Assembly: GCA_963675295.2 (NCBI GenBank)
Contig: CAXXKJ010000001.1
Location: 192,001-256,000 of the forward strand
DNA from: a bacterium
GTDB lineage: Bacteria > Electryoneota > Electryoneia > Electryoneales > Electryoneaceae
Length of the DNA: 64,000 bases
Direction: 5' to 3'
Every line of letters begins with the position of its first letter. Positions within the stretch are counted from its first letter, which is position 1. Below the pieces are notes generated by a model, which was not told the DNA's origin, ran no database searches, and saw only the letters and a list, made by a program, of their open reading frames with translations. This document shows positions 10,822 through 20,394 of this stretch, one piece after another. A program made the translations under genes and the position numbers.

Positions 10822-13119
10822 ATGACTCGGCCCGAATCAAATCGACACCGCTTGCTGCTCGTTTTCATCCCCTGCCTGCTGTTGTGTTTGCCGCTCATCG
10901 TTTCTGCCCAGACCTGGACTCACTGTGGCCCGCGCACTGGTGGCAAAATCACGATTCAACCACTGCAGGAAGGTGTGGTTTTTCTCACCGGTGACGCCGA
11001 CACCTGGCGTTCCACCGACAGCGGAAACACGTGGACGCTGGTCACGGTTGACGGCTTACCCGGCGGCGTAGCCCTGCAGATTCGGCCACATGTCAGCTCT
11101 CCCGATACGATCTGGGGTCTTGACGATACCGTCTGGGCACAACGGGTCTGGTACCTCAGCACGGACGGCGGCGCTTCCTTCCAAACGGTAGATTACCCGA
11201 TGACGGATAGCGAATGGCATCTGCGGCAGGACCCATTTCAATCGAATCACCTGCTGGCGTTTACCGCGAACCACAGCGGCGATACAACCAGGTTCCGGGA
11301 GAGTTTTGACACCGGCCAGACGTGGAGTGAAATCTGGCGATATCACCTGGATACACCTTTCTACAGCCGCCGTTTGAATGACGTCGAATTCGACCCGCAT
11401 CACCCGAACAGACTGGCTGGGGCCTACAGCTACAACGACTACGTCGGCGATCTGGTGCTGTCGGATGACGGCGGCCACTCGTGGTACGATCCGACCCCGG
11501 ATGACCAGTCCGGCGTGAATGAACGCATCATGTTTCACCCGCTGATCGATGGTCTACTCTACGCGACGGATTGCTGGTCCGAATACAACTATCAGGAACG
11601 CCCATTCTACCAGCAACGCGTATCCACGGATGGAGGCATTACGCTTGATGTTTTCCAGGATCCGTGGCAACCCTCCCTGGCGGGTGCATCCGAGGTTTTC
11701 GTCCTGCCGAACGGATCGATCTATGCGGCGTACAAGACGGGTTTGTACCGCAGCACAGACGGTGATAACTGGACACAACTGCTATCGTCGGATGACGGAA
11801 CGTGGCTGGGCTGGACAGCTGTCTGGGGCACGCGACTGTTTGATGTCGAAATCGCACCGTGGAACGAGGACCTGATCTTTCTCGGTGGCTTCTGCCGGAC
11901 CGCGGACGGCGGCGCGACCTGGGATCTGGTTGGCCCTTCCGACAGCCCGTATGCTGATATCGTGCAAGTAAACATCAGCGAATCCGGAGATCAGATCGTG
12001 GCGGAATTGCCGAATGGCACCGTCTACAGCACGGACCGTGGATTCACGTGGAGTCCCATGTTTTTCATGGGCAACTTCATCTCCATCAACAAGCTGTACC
12101 CGCAGTTCGTCATGGCGAAGCCGACCTGGGGACAGAGCATCTACGACTACGACGGCAACAACTATGTATCCAGCGACGGCGGGCAATCCTGGACAGCGAT
12201 TACAAGTCTGCCCCTGTTCTTTGATTATGAAAATCCCTATCGGCTCTACCGAATTTTCGATACCCTATTTCAAATCAGCATCAATAACGGACAGGACTGG
12301 GACACCGTCAACTATGCGTTCCGCAGTCGACCGCTTACCATCGCCCATGATCTCGACAACACCGATCAGTTGTACATCATGACAATGTCCGGCCTGTTTC
12401 GCTCCGATTACCAGGGCTACACCCCATATCGCTGGAGCGTCTCCCACGAGCGATTCGACAAGCTGACGCTGCAACCGGGCGGCAATCACGCCGGCATCTT
12501 CGACACCTTCTGGGGACAGGAGTACGGGTACTATTCCCATGATAACGGCCACACGGTTGACCACGTCGTCACCCAGCCGAATTCCGTCGGCTACTGCAAA
12601 CCACGCTTTTCCACCAGCGGATTGCTCGTCGTGCCCAACTACTACGGCATCAACGAATCCCACGATGAAGGTGTGACCTGGGTACTCCATGACGACGGGC
12701 ACGGACCGTTCAACCTGCGCCAGGAAACGTGGGATCTGGCTAATGACCGGACCATCGTGATCGAAGCGGACGAAGACACCGGTGGACTGTGGATTGGGCA
12801 GGATATTCTCAGTGTCAAAGACCCGACGGATCCGTCAGATCCCGACTTGCCTGCCGCGTACCTGCTGTTGTCGGCGTACCCCAACCCGTTCAACCCGGAG
12901 CTGACCGTCACTGTCGCCCTGCCCGCGCCGTCCGAGGTTGATGTGCGGATCGTCAACGTCGCCGGGCAGACCGTTGCGACACTGACCCACAGCGAAACCC
13001 TAAGTGCCGGATCGCACAACTTCACCTTCGACGGATCACCCTTCGCCAGCGGGGTTTATTTCGTGCGAGCGGAGATGCCGGGGCAGACTCAATTGCGCAA
13101 AGTGACACTCTTGAAGTGA
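10822..13119 (+). CDS. BNR/Asp-box repeat (YCF48/sortilin-like beta-propeller) protein with CTD
   Basis: Repeated SxDxGxTW motifs (STDSGNTW, SFDTGQTW, SDDGGHSW, STDRGFTW, SSDGGQSW); signal-like N-terminus; CTD AYPNPFNPEL...KVTLLK; GGAGG RBS. Confidence 0.85.
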   Translation: MTRPESNRHRLLLVFIPCLLLCLPLIVSAQTWTHCGPRTGGKITIQPLQEGVVFLTGDADTWRSTDSGNTWTLVTVDGLPGGVALQIRPHVSSPDTIWGLDDTVWAQRVWYLSTDGGASFQTVDYPMTDSEWHLRQDPFQSNHLLAFTANHSGDTTRFRESFDTGQTWSEIWRYHLDTPFYSRRLNDVEFDPHHPNRLAGAYSYNDYVGDLVLSDDGGHSWYDPTPDDQSGVNERIMFHPLIDGLLYATDCWSEYNYQERPFYQQRVSTDGGITLDVFQDPWQPSLAGASEVFVLPNGSIYAAYKTGLYRSTDGDNWTQLLSSDDGTWLGWTAVWGTRLFDVEIAPWNEDLIFLGGFCRTADGGATWDLVGPSDSPYADIVQVNISESGDQIVAELPNGTVYSTDRGFTWSPMFFMGNFISINKLYPQFVMAKPTWGQSIYDYDGNNYVSSDGGQSWTAITSLPLFFDYENPYRLYRIFDTLFQISINNGQDWDTVNYAFRSRPLTIAHDLDNTDQLYIMTMSGLFRSDYQGYTPYRWSVSHERFDKLTLQPGGNHAGIFDTFWGQEYGYYSHDNGHTVDHVVTQPNSVGYCKPRFSTSGLLVVPNYYGINESHDEGVTWVLHDDGHGPFNLRQETWDLANDRTIVIEADEDTGGLWIGQDILSVKDPTDPSDPDLPAAYLLLSAYPNPFNPELTVTVALPAPSEVDVRIVNVAGQTVATLTHSETLSAGSHNFTFDGSPFASGVYFVRAEMPGQTQLRKVTLLK

Positions 13120-13130
13120 CGCGACAGAAC

Positions 13131-13255
13131 GTAAAAGAAGCCAAAGACGCAACGGACGCAAAAGATGCAAAAGAAGTAACAGACAGGAACAGAAAGTAAC
13201 GGATAGGAAAAGACAGGAAAAGACAGGGGACAGCCACACCTCGCGACTGTCCCTG
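13131..13255 (+). repeat. 9-bp then 10-bp tandem micro-repeats followed by a GGGGACAG..CTGTCCC hairpin
   Basis: gcaaaagat-like nonamers, agacaggaaa-like decamers, hairpin at 13224-13255, starting just after the stop of 10822..13119. Confidence 0.75.
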
Positions 13256-13278
13256 TGAATTGTTGGCCGGTGGATCAT

Positions 13279-13359
13279 CCACGACATGAATGTCGTGGGC
13301 ATATCTATACTTCGAGCGCCGAACCTGCATTGTTTGCCCCGACCAGCTCGCTGGTCGGG
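13279..13359. repeat. REP-like palindromes
   Basis: ccacgacat-ga-atgtcgtgg (13279-13298) and cccgaccagc-tc-gctggtcggg (13338-13359). Confidence 0.6.
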
Positions 13360-13418
13360 ATGACCCGCAAGATCTTTACTCGTACCCCGAGCTGGGAATA
13401 CGCAAACCGCAGACCAGC

Positions 13419-15368
13419 CTACCTCACCAGCATCACCTTCCGCACAAGCGTCCCTTCGCTAGGCAGCGTCGCCCGCACGAAATACACTCCGCTCGCCCAT
13501 CCGGACGCGTCCAGCGAGAACGTATGCGTCCCGGCAGAATGTTCACCCTGCGCCAGTGTTGCGACCTGCTGGCCGTTCACGTTGTAAACCGCCACCGTCA
13601 ACTCGCCGCGTTCCGGCAACGCCACCTGCACCGACGCGCGCTCGTTAAACGGGTTCGGATACGCGCTGATCCCGAAGTCCTGCGGCAACGCAGTTACGCC
13701 ATCGTCTTGCGTGGCAGAGGCCGGACTCGGGCCGGGACCGCTGTTGTCCTGCGCATTGAACACCAGCGCGGACGGATACAACGCTGACCGGTACACTTTC
13801 GTGTTTGAGATGTACATCGGGCCTGTCTGGTACATTTCGCCGCCGTTGTTCAAATTGCGGTCGAAACGAGGGAAATTGGACCCATTCACGTACAGCCGGA
13901 TTCGATGTCCCGGCTGAAACGCGATCTGCATGTCCTGCATCGGAATTTCGAGGCAATGAATCGTTCCCGGCCACGCCAGCAGCTCTTCCGTGTAATCGTT
14001 CCGGAACCGCAGCCGCCGGATGCCGTCCGTGATGAATTGCACGCGGCCATCCGGATACACATCCGCGAGAATCACCGACACGTCGGTGTCCATACAGTCG
14101 CTGGAAACGTACAGATCCGCGCGAATCGTGCCCGATATCTCCACCGGTTCATTCAGCACCGGCGTATCATAAACCAGGATATCATCGCCGATCATCAGGT
14201 CGGAAAGGTCGACCGGACCCGCCGGGAGGAAGACCGAATGCGTCCGTCCGCCCGGGGTCCACAACGGCGTTTCCGGATTATACTGGAACGAGTCAACGCC
14301 GGTCGTTTCCGTCGGCATGTGCGGTATCATCACGCCGTCATGAAGGTACAATTCCAGCCGTTCCGCATCGGGAGACGGCCACTCGTCGAGGAACAGGAAT
14401 TCGTTGCTGCCAAGCTCGAAACAGGCGACATCGGGCAGGTAATACGGAATCTCCGGATCGTCACGCAGCCAATGATCGAAGAACCGCATCGCCGCTATTT
14501 CTGATCGTCCACGTGCTTCCGGATACGTCCACTCACCCTGGAACATCTGGCCGGCCGTGTTGTGTGTCCACGGACCAATCAACAATCGGTGTTCGTTTCG
14601 GATCGAGGGATGCGTTTGTTCACGCAAATTGTAGTACGTCTTGATGTTCTGGTCGGCCGTCATGTCCCACCAGCCGGTGATCAACAGGATCGGCACCGTG
14701 ATGTCGCTGGCGTTGTTGCCGGTCATCTGCTCGACATTTTCCCAGAATTGATCGTACAACGGATGGTTTCCCACGATGTACGGAATCGGCTGCCAGTTGG
14801 ACAGCGAGTGGAGGAATTCCGCACGTTTCACCCCGCCGTGATAATATTTGTCGTAGGACGATTCCAGCGGATGGTTCAGCGGCACGCAACAGACCAGGTG
14901 TTCCGGCTGGTACAACGCCGTCAGAAACTGAATCTGGCCCATCGCGGAATTGCCGAAAGTGCCGACGCGACCGTTGCACCACGTCTGGTCCGCAATCCAT
15001 TCAATCGCAATCGCGCCATCCTGGCCATACTGCGGCTGGGGACGTGCAGCATGCGCCGATCCATACATCCCGCGCCAATCCATGATCACGAAGGCGTAGT
15101 CCTCCGTATTCAACGGCACGCCGGTATACCAGTACTTGCTCTTGTTATACGGGGTCTGAATGAAGATGACTGGCAAGGCCTGCGTGGAGTCCGGCGTGTA
15201 CAAATCCGCCGCCAGCCAGGTATTCTCCGGCACCGGAATCTGCAACGGATACCGGACCATCTCCGCGCTGGATGGGGCCGGAAGCAGGAATAACAGAATT
15301 TGCACAACGAGAATTAACAGGATAGGTGTACAACTCGCTGTATTCCAACGTTTTGCGCAATGATCCAC
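13419..15368 (-). CDS. CocE/NonD family serine hydrolase (peptidase S15-like) with CTD
   Basis: QTPY, DWRGMYGS, nucleophile elbow GNSAMG, GWWD, IGPWTH, PGHRIRLYVNGSNFPRFDRN; CTD. Confidence 0.88.
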   Translation of the reverse strand: MDHCAKRWNTASCTPILLILVVQILLFLLPAPSSAEMVRYPLQIPVPENTWLAADLYTPDSTQALPVIFIQTPYNKSKYWYTGVPLNTEDYAFVIMDWRGMYGSAHAARPQPQYGQDGAIAIEWIADQTWCNGRVGTFGNSAMGQIQFLTALYQPEHLVCCVPLNHPLESSYDKYYHGGVKRAEFLHSLSNWQPIPYIVGNHPLYDQFWENVEQMTGNNASDITVPILLITGWWDMTADQNIKTYYNLREQTHPSIRNEHRLLIGPWTHNTAGQMFQGEWTYPEARGRSEIAAMRFFDHWLRDDPEIPYYLPDVACFELGSNEFLFLDEWPSPDAERLELYLHDGVMIPHMPTETTGVDSFQYNPETPLWTPGGRTHSVFLPAGPVDLSDLMIGDDILVYDTPVLNEPVEISGTIRADLYVSSDCMDTDVSVILADVYPDGRVQFITDGIRRLRFRNDYTEELLAWPGTIHCLEIPMQDMQIAFQPGHRIRLYVNGSNFPRFDRNLNNGGEMYQTGPMYISNTKVYRSALYPSALVFNAQDNSGPGPSPASATQDDGVTALPQDFGISAYPNPFNERASVQVALPERGELTVAVYNVNGQQVATLAQGEHSAGTHTFSLDASGWASGVYFVRATLPSEGTLVRKVMLVR

Positions 15369-15648
15369 GACTGCCCCCGTGCAAACTTATGCAAACCCAT
15401 GTAAAACACTCAGTAATATAGGTTTAAGACTCAGCCCGAGCGCAAGGCCCGACCCCGAGAGCCACCTGTTGACAAGGGTAAGGGACATGCTGCAGGTAAC
15501 ATGTAAGTCGGGAGTATGATTATCAATATACAGGATAATGAGTGTTTTGCGTGTATTGATGATTCAGGTGGGAGAGACAGGGTACTGTCTGGAACGTCAG
15601 TGCCTTCTTGCGCAAAGGGGTCGTATACAAGGGTGTCTTCTACTAGGG

Positions 15649-15765
15649 TGTCATCCTGAACGTAGTGAAGGATCTGGCCGGAACACCCGTACCGGATCAA
15701 CGATGAAACGTTCCCGTAACTTGTACTAGATTCTTCACGTCTCTTCGTTACGTTCAGAATGAGCA
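15649..15765. repeat. TGTCATCCTGA..GAAGGATCT / AGATTCTTC..CAGAATGA-type palindromic element (REP/MITE-like)
   Basis: tgtcatcctgaacgtagtgaaggatct pairs with agattcttcac...cgttcagaatga about 50 bp downstream; translates as CHPERSEGS. Confidence 0.7.
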
Positions 15766-15772
15766 ACCAGTT

Positions 15773-15794
15773 ACCACGGACTTAAGTCCGTGGT
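15773..15794. repeat. Perfect 22-bp palindrome, IS200/RAYT-end-like
   Basis: accacggacttaagtccgtggt. Confidence 0.6.
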
Positions 15795-15810
15795 AAGAAG
15801 GAATGCAAAA

Positions 15811-15899
15811 CGGGGACACTTTGTCCCTAAAGTGTCCCCGTACTATCTTTGTCTGTCTGTTCCTGTCTTTTACTATCTTTTCCTGTCTGCTCCTGTCTT
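15811..15899 (-). repeat. Decamer array plus GGGGACAC..GTGTCCCC hairpin downstream of CTD gene
   Basis: 12-bp inverted repeat cggggacacttt/aaagtgtccccg and about six tcctgtcttt-like decamers abutting the stop of 15900..17633. Confidence 0.8.
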
Positions 15900-17633
15900 T
15901 TATTTCATAAGAACAACTTTCTGCGTCTGCGACATCTTGCCCGGCACCGCCGCCCGCACGAAATACAACCCGCTCGCCAACCCGGACGCGTCAAACGTCA
16001 ACCCGTGCGTCCCGGCGTCGAACGATCCGTCCGCAAGCTGCGCCACTTGCTGCCCGGCGACGTTATACACCACGACTGTCAGCTCTGCCGTTTCCGGCAG
16101 GGTGACCGTCAGCGTTGTCGCGGCATTGAACGGGTTCGGCCATACGGTGTTCAGCGTGTACCGGTCCGCCATCGTCACCGCTTCACCGAGATCCGCAGTC
16201 GCGAGGAACGGGTCATCCACCGCCCAGTCGGCGCTTGATCCAATGCCGGCCAGCAACGGCGCGGCCTTGCTGAACGTGAAGCTATCCTCCACATAATTCG
16301 TCGGATAGCCAACCTGGCCGAAGAAGATGTACTCACCCGCCGGAGCGTAGTTCGGGATCGGCTGGGTACGGTTCGGCACAGTGATCTGCATGAACGGCGT
16401 CAGGGTGAAGTACTGCGTGCCGGTTTCCATCACTGTGCCGTTCGGGAGTTCCACGAGGGTTCGGAAGAAGACGTTCTGGAACGTGCCGCCGAACGGGCTG
16501 TTGAGCGTGACATCGTAGACCAACGTGCCGCCGTTGGCCGGGATGGCCGTGTTGTGCGGCGTCAAGGTCAGGATCTGATCGTTGCCGCCCGGGCCTTCGC
16601 CCGGTGAGCCGAGGTCGCCCGCGCTGCCAGTCCACATCTCTTCTGATACCGACCAGTTGGCACCGATCATGTTGTCCGCATCCAGGTCGGGCAGGTAGAT
16701 AGAAGCGCCGTCCGCTTCCGGGAACCCGTTGTTCTCATCGTATTCGACGGCGTCAATCACCGTGCCCCAGAAGTCCGTCAGGATGATTTCGTCATCGGTG
16801 TTGTCGAGGTCGATGGCGTAGTTGTAGAAAACGAAATCCGGAATGATTCCACCGTTGTCATCCGGATCCCCCCACCCGGCGAGGACCACAAAATCGCCCG
16901 GTTCGATCACAAGATTGCCCGGAATGGCGTAGTACTCACCGTCGTTATCGAGGATCCGGAACAGCCGCATGTTCGCGGTGGTGGACCCGGCGTTGTACAC
17001 CTCAAACCACTCGCCGTAGAAATCCGACACCGCCGCCGGATCGTACAGGATCTCCGAAATCACCAGCTCGGGCGCGACCCACGGCTCTGGATTCGCTTCG
17101 CCCGGCGACCCGAAATCACCCCAGCTACCGGTCCACGCTTCATACGACACCGCCCAGTTTTCCGGATCGTTGTTATCCAGGGACGGGTCGGTCAGGTAGA
17201 TCGATGCGCCTTCGACATTCGTCCAACCCTGAGCCACATCCCACCAGATCTCATCCATCAGGATGTCTTGGGCGTTATACAGCTTCAGGACGTCGTCATC
17301 ATCCTCAAACGCGAAGTTGTGGTATTCAGAATCACCCACAACCCCACCATTGAGCAAACTATCAATTTCGTCAACCAGCACACGATACTCGTGCGGCGGT
17401 ACTTCCAGACCGGAGATGGTGAACGTGCCGATCCCATCATCCCGGATCGTCCAGTCCGTCATATGGATCGTTTCATCGCTGTTGTTGTACACCTCGAACC
17501 ACTCACCGCGCGAATCCTGGCATTCCAACGGGCTGATCATGACCTCGGTGATCACAATTTCCGCCTGAACCGACGCCGCCAGAATGAACAATGCCATCAA
17601 TACACCCGCCGAAACCGTACGCAGGCCCTTCAT
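15900..17633 (-). CDS. Lamin-tail-domain (2 repeats) protein with Ig-like domain and CTD
   Basis: IVITEVMISP..GEWFEVYN and LVISEILYDP..GEWFEVYN repeats each ending GSPGE; signal peptide; GGGGAAGG before ATG 17633. Confidence 0.85.
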   Translation of the reverse strand: MKGLRTVSAGVLMALFILAASVQAEIVITEVMISPLECQDSRGEWFEVYNNSDETIHMTDWTIRDDGIGTFTISGLEVPPHEYRVLVDEIDSLLNGGVVGDSEYHNFAFEDDDDVLKLYNAQDILMDEIWWDVAQGWTNVEGASIYLTDPSLDNNDPENWAVSYEAWTGSWGDFGSPGEANPEPWVAPELVISEILYDPAAVSDFYGEWFEVYNAGSTTANMRLFRILDNDGEYYAIPGNLVIEPGDFVVLAGWGDPDDNGGIIPDFVFYNYAIDLDNTDDEIILTDFWGTVIDAVEYDENNGFPEADGASIYLPDLDADNMIGANWSVSEEMWTGSAGDLGSPGEGPGGNDQILTLTPHNTAIPANGGTLVYDVTLNSPFGGTFQNVFFRTLVELPNGTVMETGTQYFTLTPFMQITVPNRTQPIPNYAPAGEYIFFGQVGYPTNYVEDSFTFSKAAPLLAGIGSSADWAVDDPFLATADLGEAVTMADRYTLNTVWPNPFNAATTLTVTLPETAELTVVVYNVAGQQVAQLADGSFDAGTHGLTFDASGLASGLYFVRAAVPGKMSQTQKVVLMK

Positions 17634-17952
17634 ACCTTCCCCCTTTGGTGGAACCAATGTGAATATCTTCACGATAGAATCAACAGAGTACAAATCGTTA
17701 CCGGCTGTTTTTCAAGGCAGTAGACAAAAAAACGGCGGCAGCCGTTTTCCGTTTCTTGAACAACAGTCAATATCCCAAAGATACGAAATGAAGGTAGTCA
17801 ATGCTGCTGCGGCTCCCGTACTCCCCAATGTTGACGCCAAAAAACGGACTTTCCTCGTCTGGAATACAAGCACGGTTTCAACCGGCGGCGGGGGAATCCG
17901 AGCGAAAGACAAAATGAAGAGTGGTCCGTCACGAGATCCGTCCAGACAAGAA

Positions 17953-18040
17953 GGGGACACGTTGTCCCCAAAGTGTCCCCGAGTTATCTTTTCCTGTCTT
18001 TTCCTATCCTTTACTATCTTTTACTAGCTGTTCCTGTCTG
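17953..18040 (-). repeat. Decamer array plus GGGGACAC..GTGTCCCC hairpin downstream of CTD gene
   Basis: ggggacacgttgtccccaaagtgtcccc then ttcctgtctt/ttactatctt decamers abutting the stop at 18041. Confidence 0.8.
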
Positions 18041-20188
18041 TTACTTCATGAGAACCACCTTCTGCGTCTGCGTCATCCGGCCCGGAACCGTCGCCCGCAC
18101 GAAATACAGCCCGCTGGCCAACCCGGACGCATCAAATGTCAGGTCGTGCGTCCCGGCGCCGAATGATCCGTCCGCCAACTGAGCCACCTGCTGCCCGGCG
18201 ACGTTGTACACTGCGAGGTTCAGCCGACCCGGCACGGACAGCTCGACCGACACAACTGCCCTGGTATTGAAGGGGTTGGGATAGACCGGCTGCAGCAGAA
18301 AGCGAGATGGTACCGCTGCCCCTGTACGATAAGCCGATTCCGGTGCCGACAACGCCATGCTGCAATCCAGAATCATCAGCGAACTTCGCCTGGCCACAAA
18401 CAGCAGCTGATCGAGCACAGCAAGCCCGGAGATTTCGCCTTGCAAGTGGTAGTAGCCGATTTCAACCGGCTGGCTTGGATCGGTGACATTGTAGACGGAG
18501 ATTCCGACCCCGGTGAATCCGCAATAGAGGATGCCGTCGGCGTACGCCAACCGGTCGGCGGTTCCGCTGGCATAAATATTCGCCAGCTCAACAGGCGTTG
18601 ACGGATTGCTGATATCATAGATCGCAACGCCGTGGCTATCCCTTGCAATGAACGCCATGTTGTCGCCAGTTGTCACATCATTAACGTGCCGATTGCTGTC
18701 CCGATTGCTTACAAACTCGGGGTCGTACGGGTCGCTGATGTCCAGGATGAAAAACGCGTTATCAAGTCCCAGGAACGCCAGGTCGCCATCCACGCATACC
18801 GCCCTGGGATCGCCACCCAGGTTGGTGAACGAAGTGATTTCGTCAGGATCATCCGGATCGCTGACGTCGAGAATCATGAAGCGATGGGAGTACGAAGCAT
18901 CGGCGAGATAGACGAGATCCCCGGCCACATCAATATCATAGGTATGGATCGGTGTGACCAGGTCACCACGTTCGACTGGCTGGGCAAGGTCGCTGATGTC
19001 AACGACACACATTCCTCCCTGCCAGTCTGATGCATAAATGAACTCCCCGGATGCGGTCAACCGGTTCAGCTCCTCAAGCGGGTCGCAGAAGCCCACGTCA
19101 TACGGATGAAGCGGATCCGAGATGTTTACAGTGCGTAAACCGTACTCACCCTGTGCGACAAAGGCGTAACCGTTGTGCAGAATGACGTCCCGAACGTCAT
19201 CCGTTGTCCGGAACCAGCCCAGTTGCTCAGGCTGAGAAGGATCACCAATGTCCACAGTGCAGAGCTGTGAATTGCCCACAGCCACACAGGCGACATTTCC
19301 ATCGAGGGCGACACCCTCGGCTGAACCGGGCAGGTCGTGCTCTGCCAGGTATTGTGGCTGTGTCGGCTGGCTCAGATCGTATACGATCAATCCCGACACG
19401 CGGCAGGCGACAAACGCGGTCGTACCCTGCACGGCAACATCGACAGCGTTATTTGGAGTGTCGGTTGACCCGATCACGGTAGGATGCATCGGCTCTGCCA
19501 CACGAACAACCCGCACCCCCCGGTAATTCACAGCGACACAGGCGTAACCATTGGAAACGGCGATTGCCTTTGGCAGCCCGCCAACGTAACAAGTACCCAG
19601 GCGAACCGGCTGGATCGGATTGCTGAGATCAACGACAGCGAAATACACTGTCGCGTTGCCCACATACGCATATCCGCCGTCAATCGTGATGGTTGTCGCC
19701 CCTGACGGTACGTTCAGGGAACCCGCGAGGAAGGGGTGCTCAGGATCGCTCACATCAATGATTCGGATTCCCGCGCTGTATGCGGCAACGAAAGCATACT
19801 GATCGTATAACGCGACATCGTTCGCCACGTTAAGCACATTTTGTGTGCTGACTGGAAACGGGTGGTGGGGGTCGCTGATGTTGACGATGGTCAGACCGGC
19901 CGCACCATCTGCGACATACGCATACTCACCGGAAACAGCCACCTTCAGCGCTGAACCCGATGTGGAGCATGAACCGGTTTCCAAGGAATTGACCGGATCG
20001 CTGACATCAAGTACACGCAGACCGGAGTAGTCTGCTGCAACATAGGCATAGCCTTCGGCTACAGCTACGTCATGAGCCGTACCCCAAGCGTCATAGAGCG
20101 AACCTGCCAGGCTCACATTGAGGCTGTCCTGGGCAAGGACGTGGAAACACAACGACAGGAAAAGAAGCAATACGTACGCGGCTTTCAT
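18041..20188 (-). CDS. LVIVD repeat beta-propeller protein with CTD
   Basis: Many YAYVA..GLxIxDxSDP repeats; signal peptide; CTD ending QTQKVVLMK. Confidence 0.88.
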   Translation of the reverse strand: MKAAYVLLLFLSLCFHVLAQDSLNVSLAGSLYDAWGTAHDVAVAEGYAYVAADYSGLRVLDVSDPVNSLETGSCSTSGSALKVAVSGEYAYVADGAAGLTIVNISDPHHPFPVSTQNVLNVANDVALYDQYAFVAAYSAGIRIIDVSDPEHPFLAGSLNVPSGATTITIDGGYAYVGNATVYFAVVDLSNPIQPVRLGTCYVGGLPKAIAVSNGYACVAVNYRGVRVVRVAEPMHPTVIGSTDTPNNAVDVAVQGTTAFVACRVSGLIVYDLSQPTQPQYLAEHDLPGSAEGVALDGNVACVAVGNSQLCTVDIGDPSQPEQLGWFRTTDDVRDVILHNGYAFVAQGEYGLRTVNISDPLHPYDVGFCDPLEELNRLTASGEFIYASDWQGGMCVVDISDLAQPVERGDLVTPIHTYDIDVAGDLVYLADASYSHRFMILDVSDPDDPDEITSFTNLGGDPRAVCVDGDLAFLGLDNAFFILDISDPYDPEFVSNRDSNRHVNDVTTGDNMAFIARDSHGVAIYDISNPSTPVELANIYASGTADRLAYADGILYCGFTGVGISVYNVTDPSQPVEIGYYHLQGEISGLAVLDQLLFVARRSSLMILDCSMALSAPESAYRTGAAVPSRFLLQPVYPNPFNTRAVVSVELSVPGRLNLAVYNVAGQQVAQLADGSFGAGTHDLTFDASGLASGLYFVRATVPGRMTQTQKVVLMK

Positions 20189-20332
20189 TGGTCACTCCGG
20201 GTAAGATCCACAATCCTCGATTCAGTTTGTAGCCAGCTCAACCAACCTGAATACACCGTCTACTCATCACAAGATAAGTCTGGAATCGCGCAAGAAACCA
20301 CCAGAGCCAATCCACGCACATCATCCATATAG

Positions 20333-20364
20333 AAAACAAAACCCGGCGGATCAGGCCGCCGGGT
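20333..20364 (-). terminator. Terminator after gene 20395..22224
   Basis: acccggcgg/ccgccgggt stem followed by tttgtttt on the minus strand. Confidence 0.7.
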
Positions 20365-20394
20365 TGGTAAACTCTGCTCATTTTCAAACGGGTG

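Noticed and set aside
13022-13330. Small hydrophobic ORFs (also 15790..16296, 17973..18182)
   Set aside because: Translations of the nonamer and decamer arrays, not credible proteins.
15538-15729. 63-aa ORF containing CHPERSEGS
   Set aside because: Translation of a palindromic repeat element.
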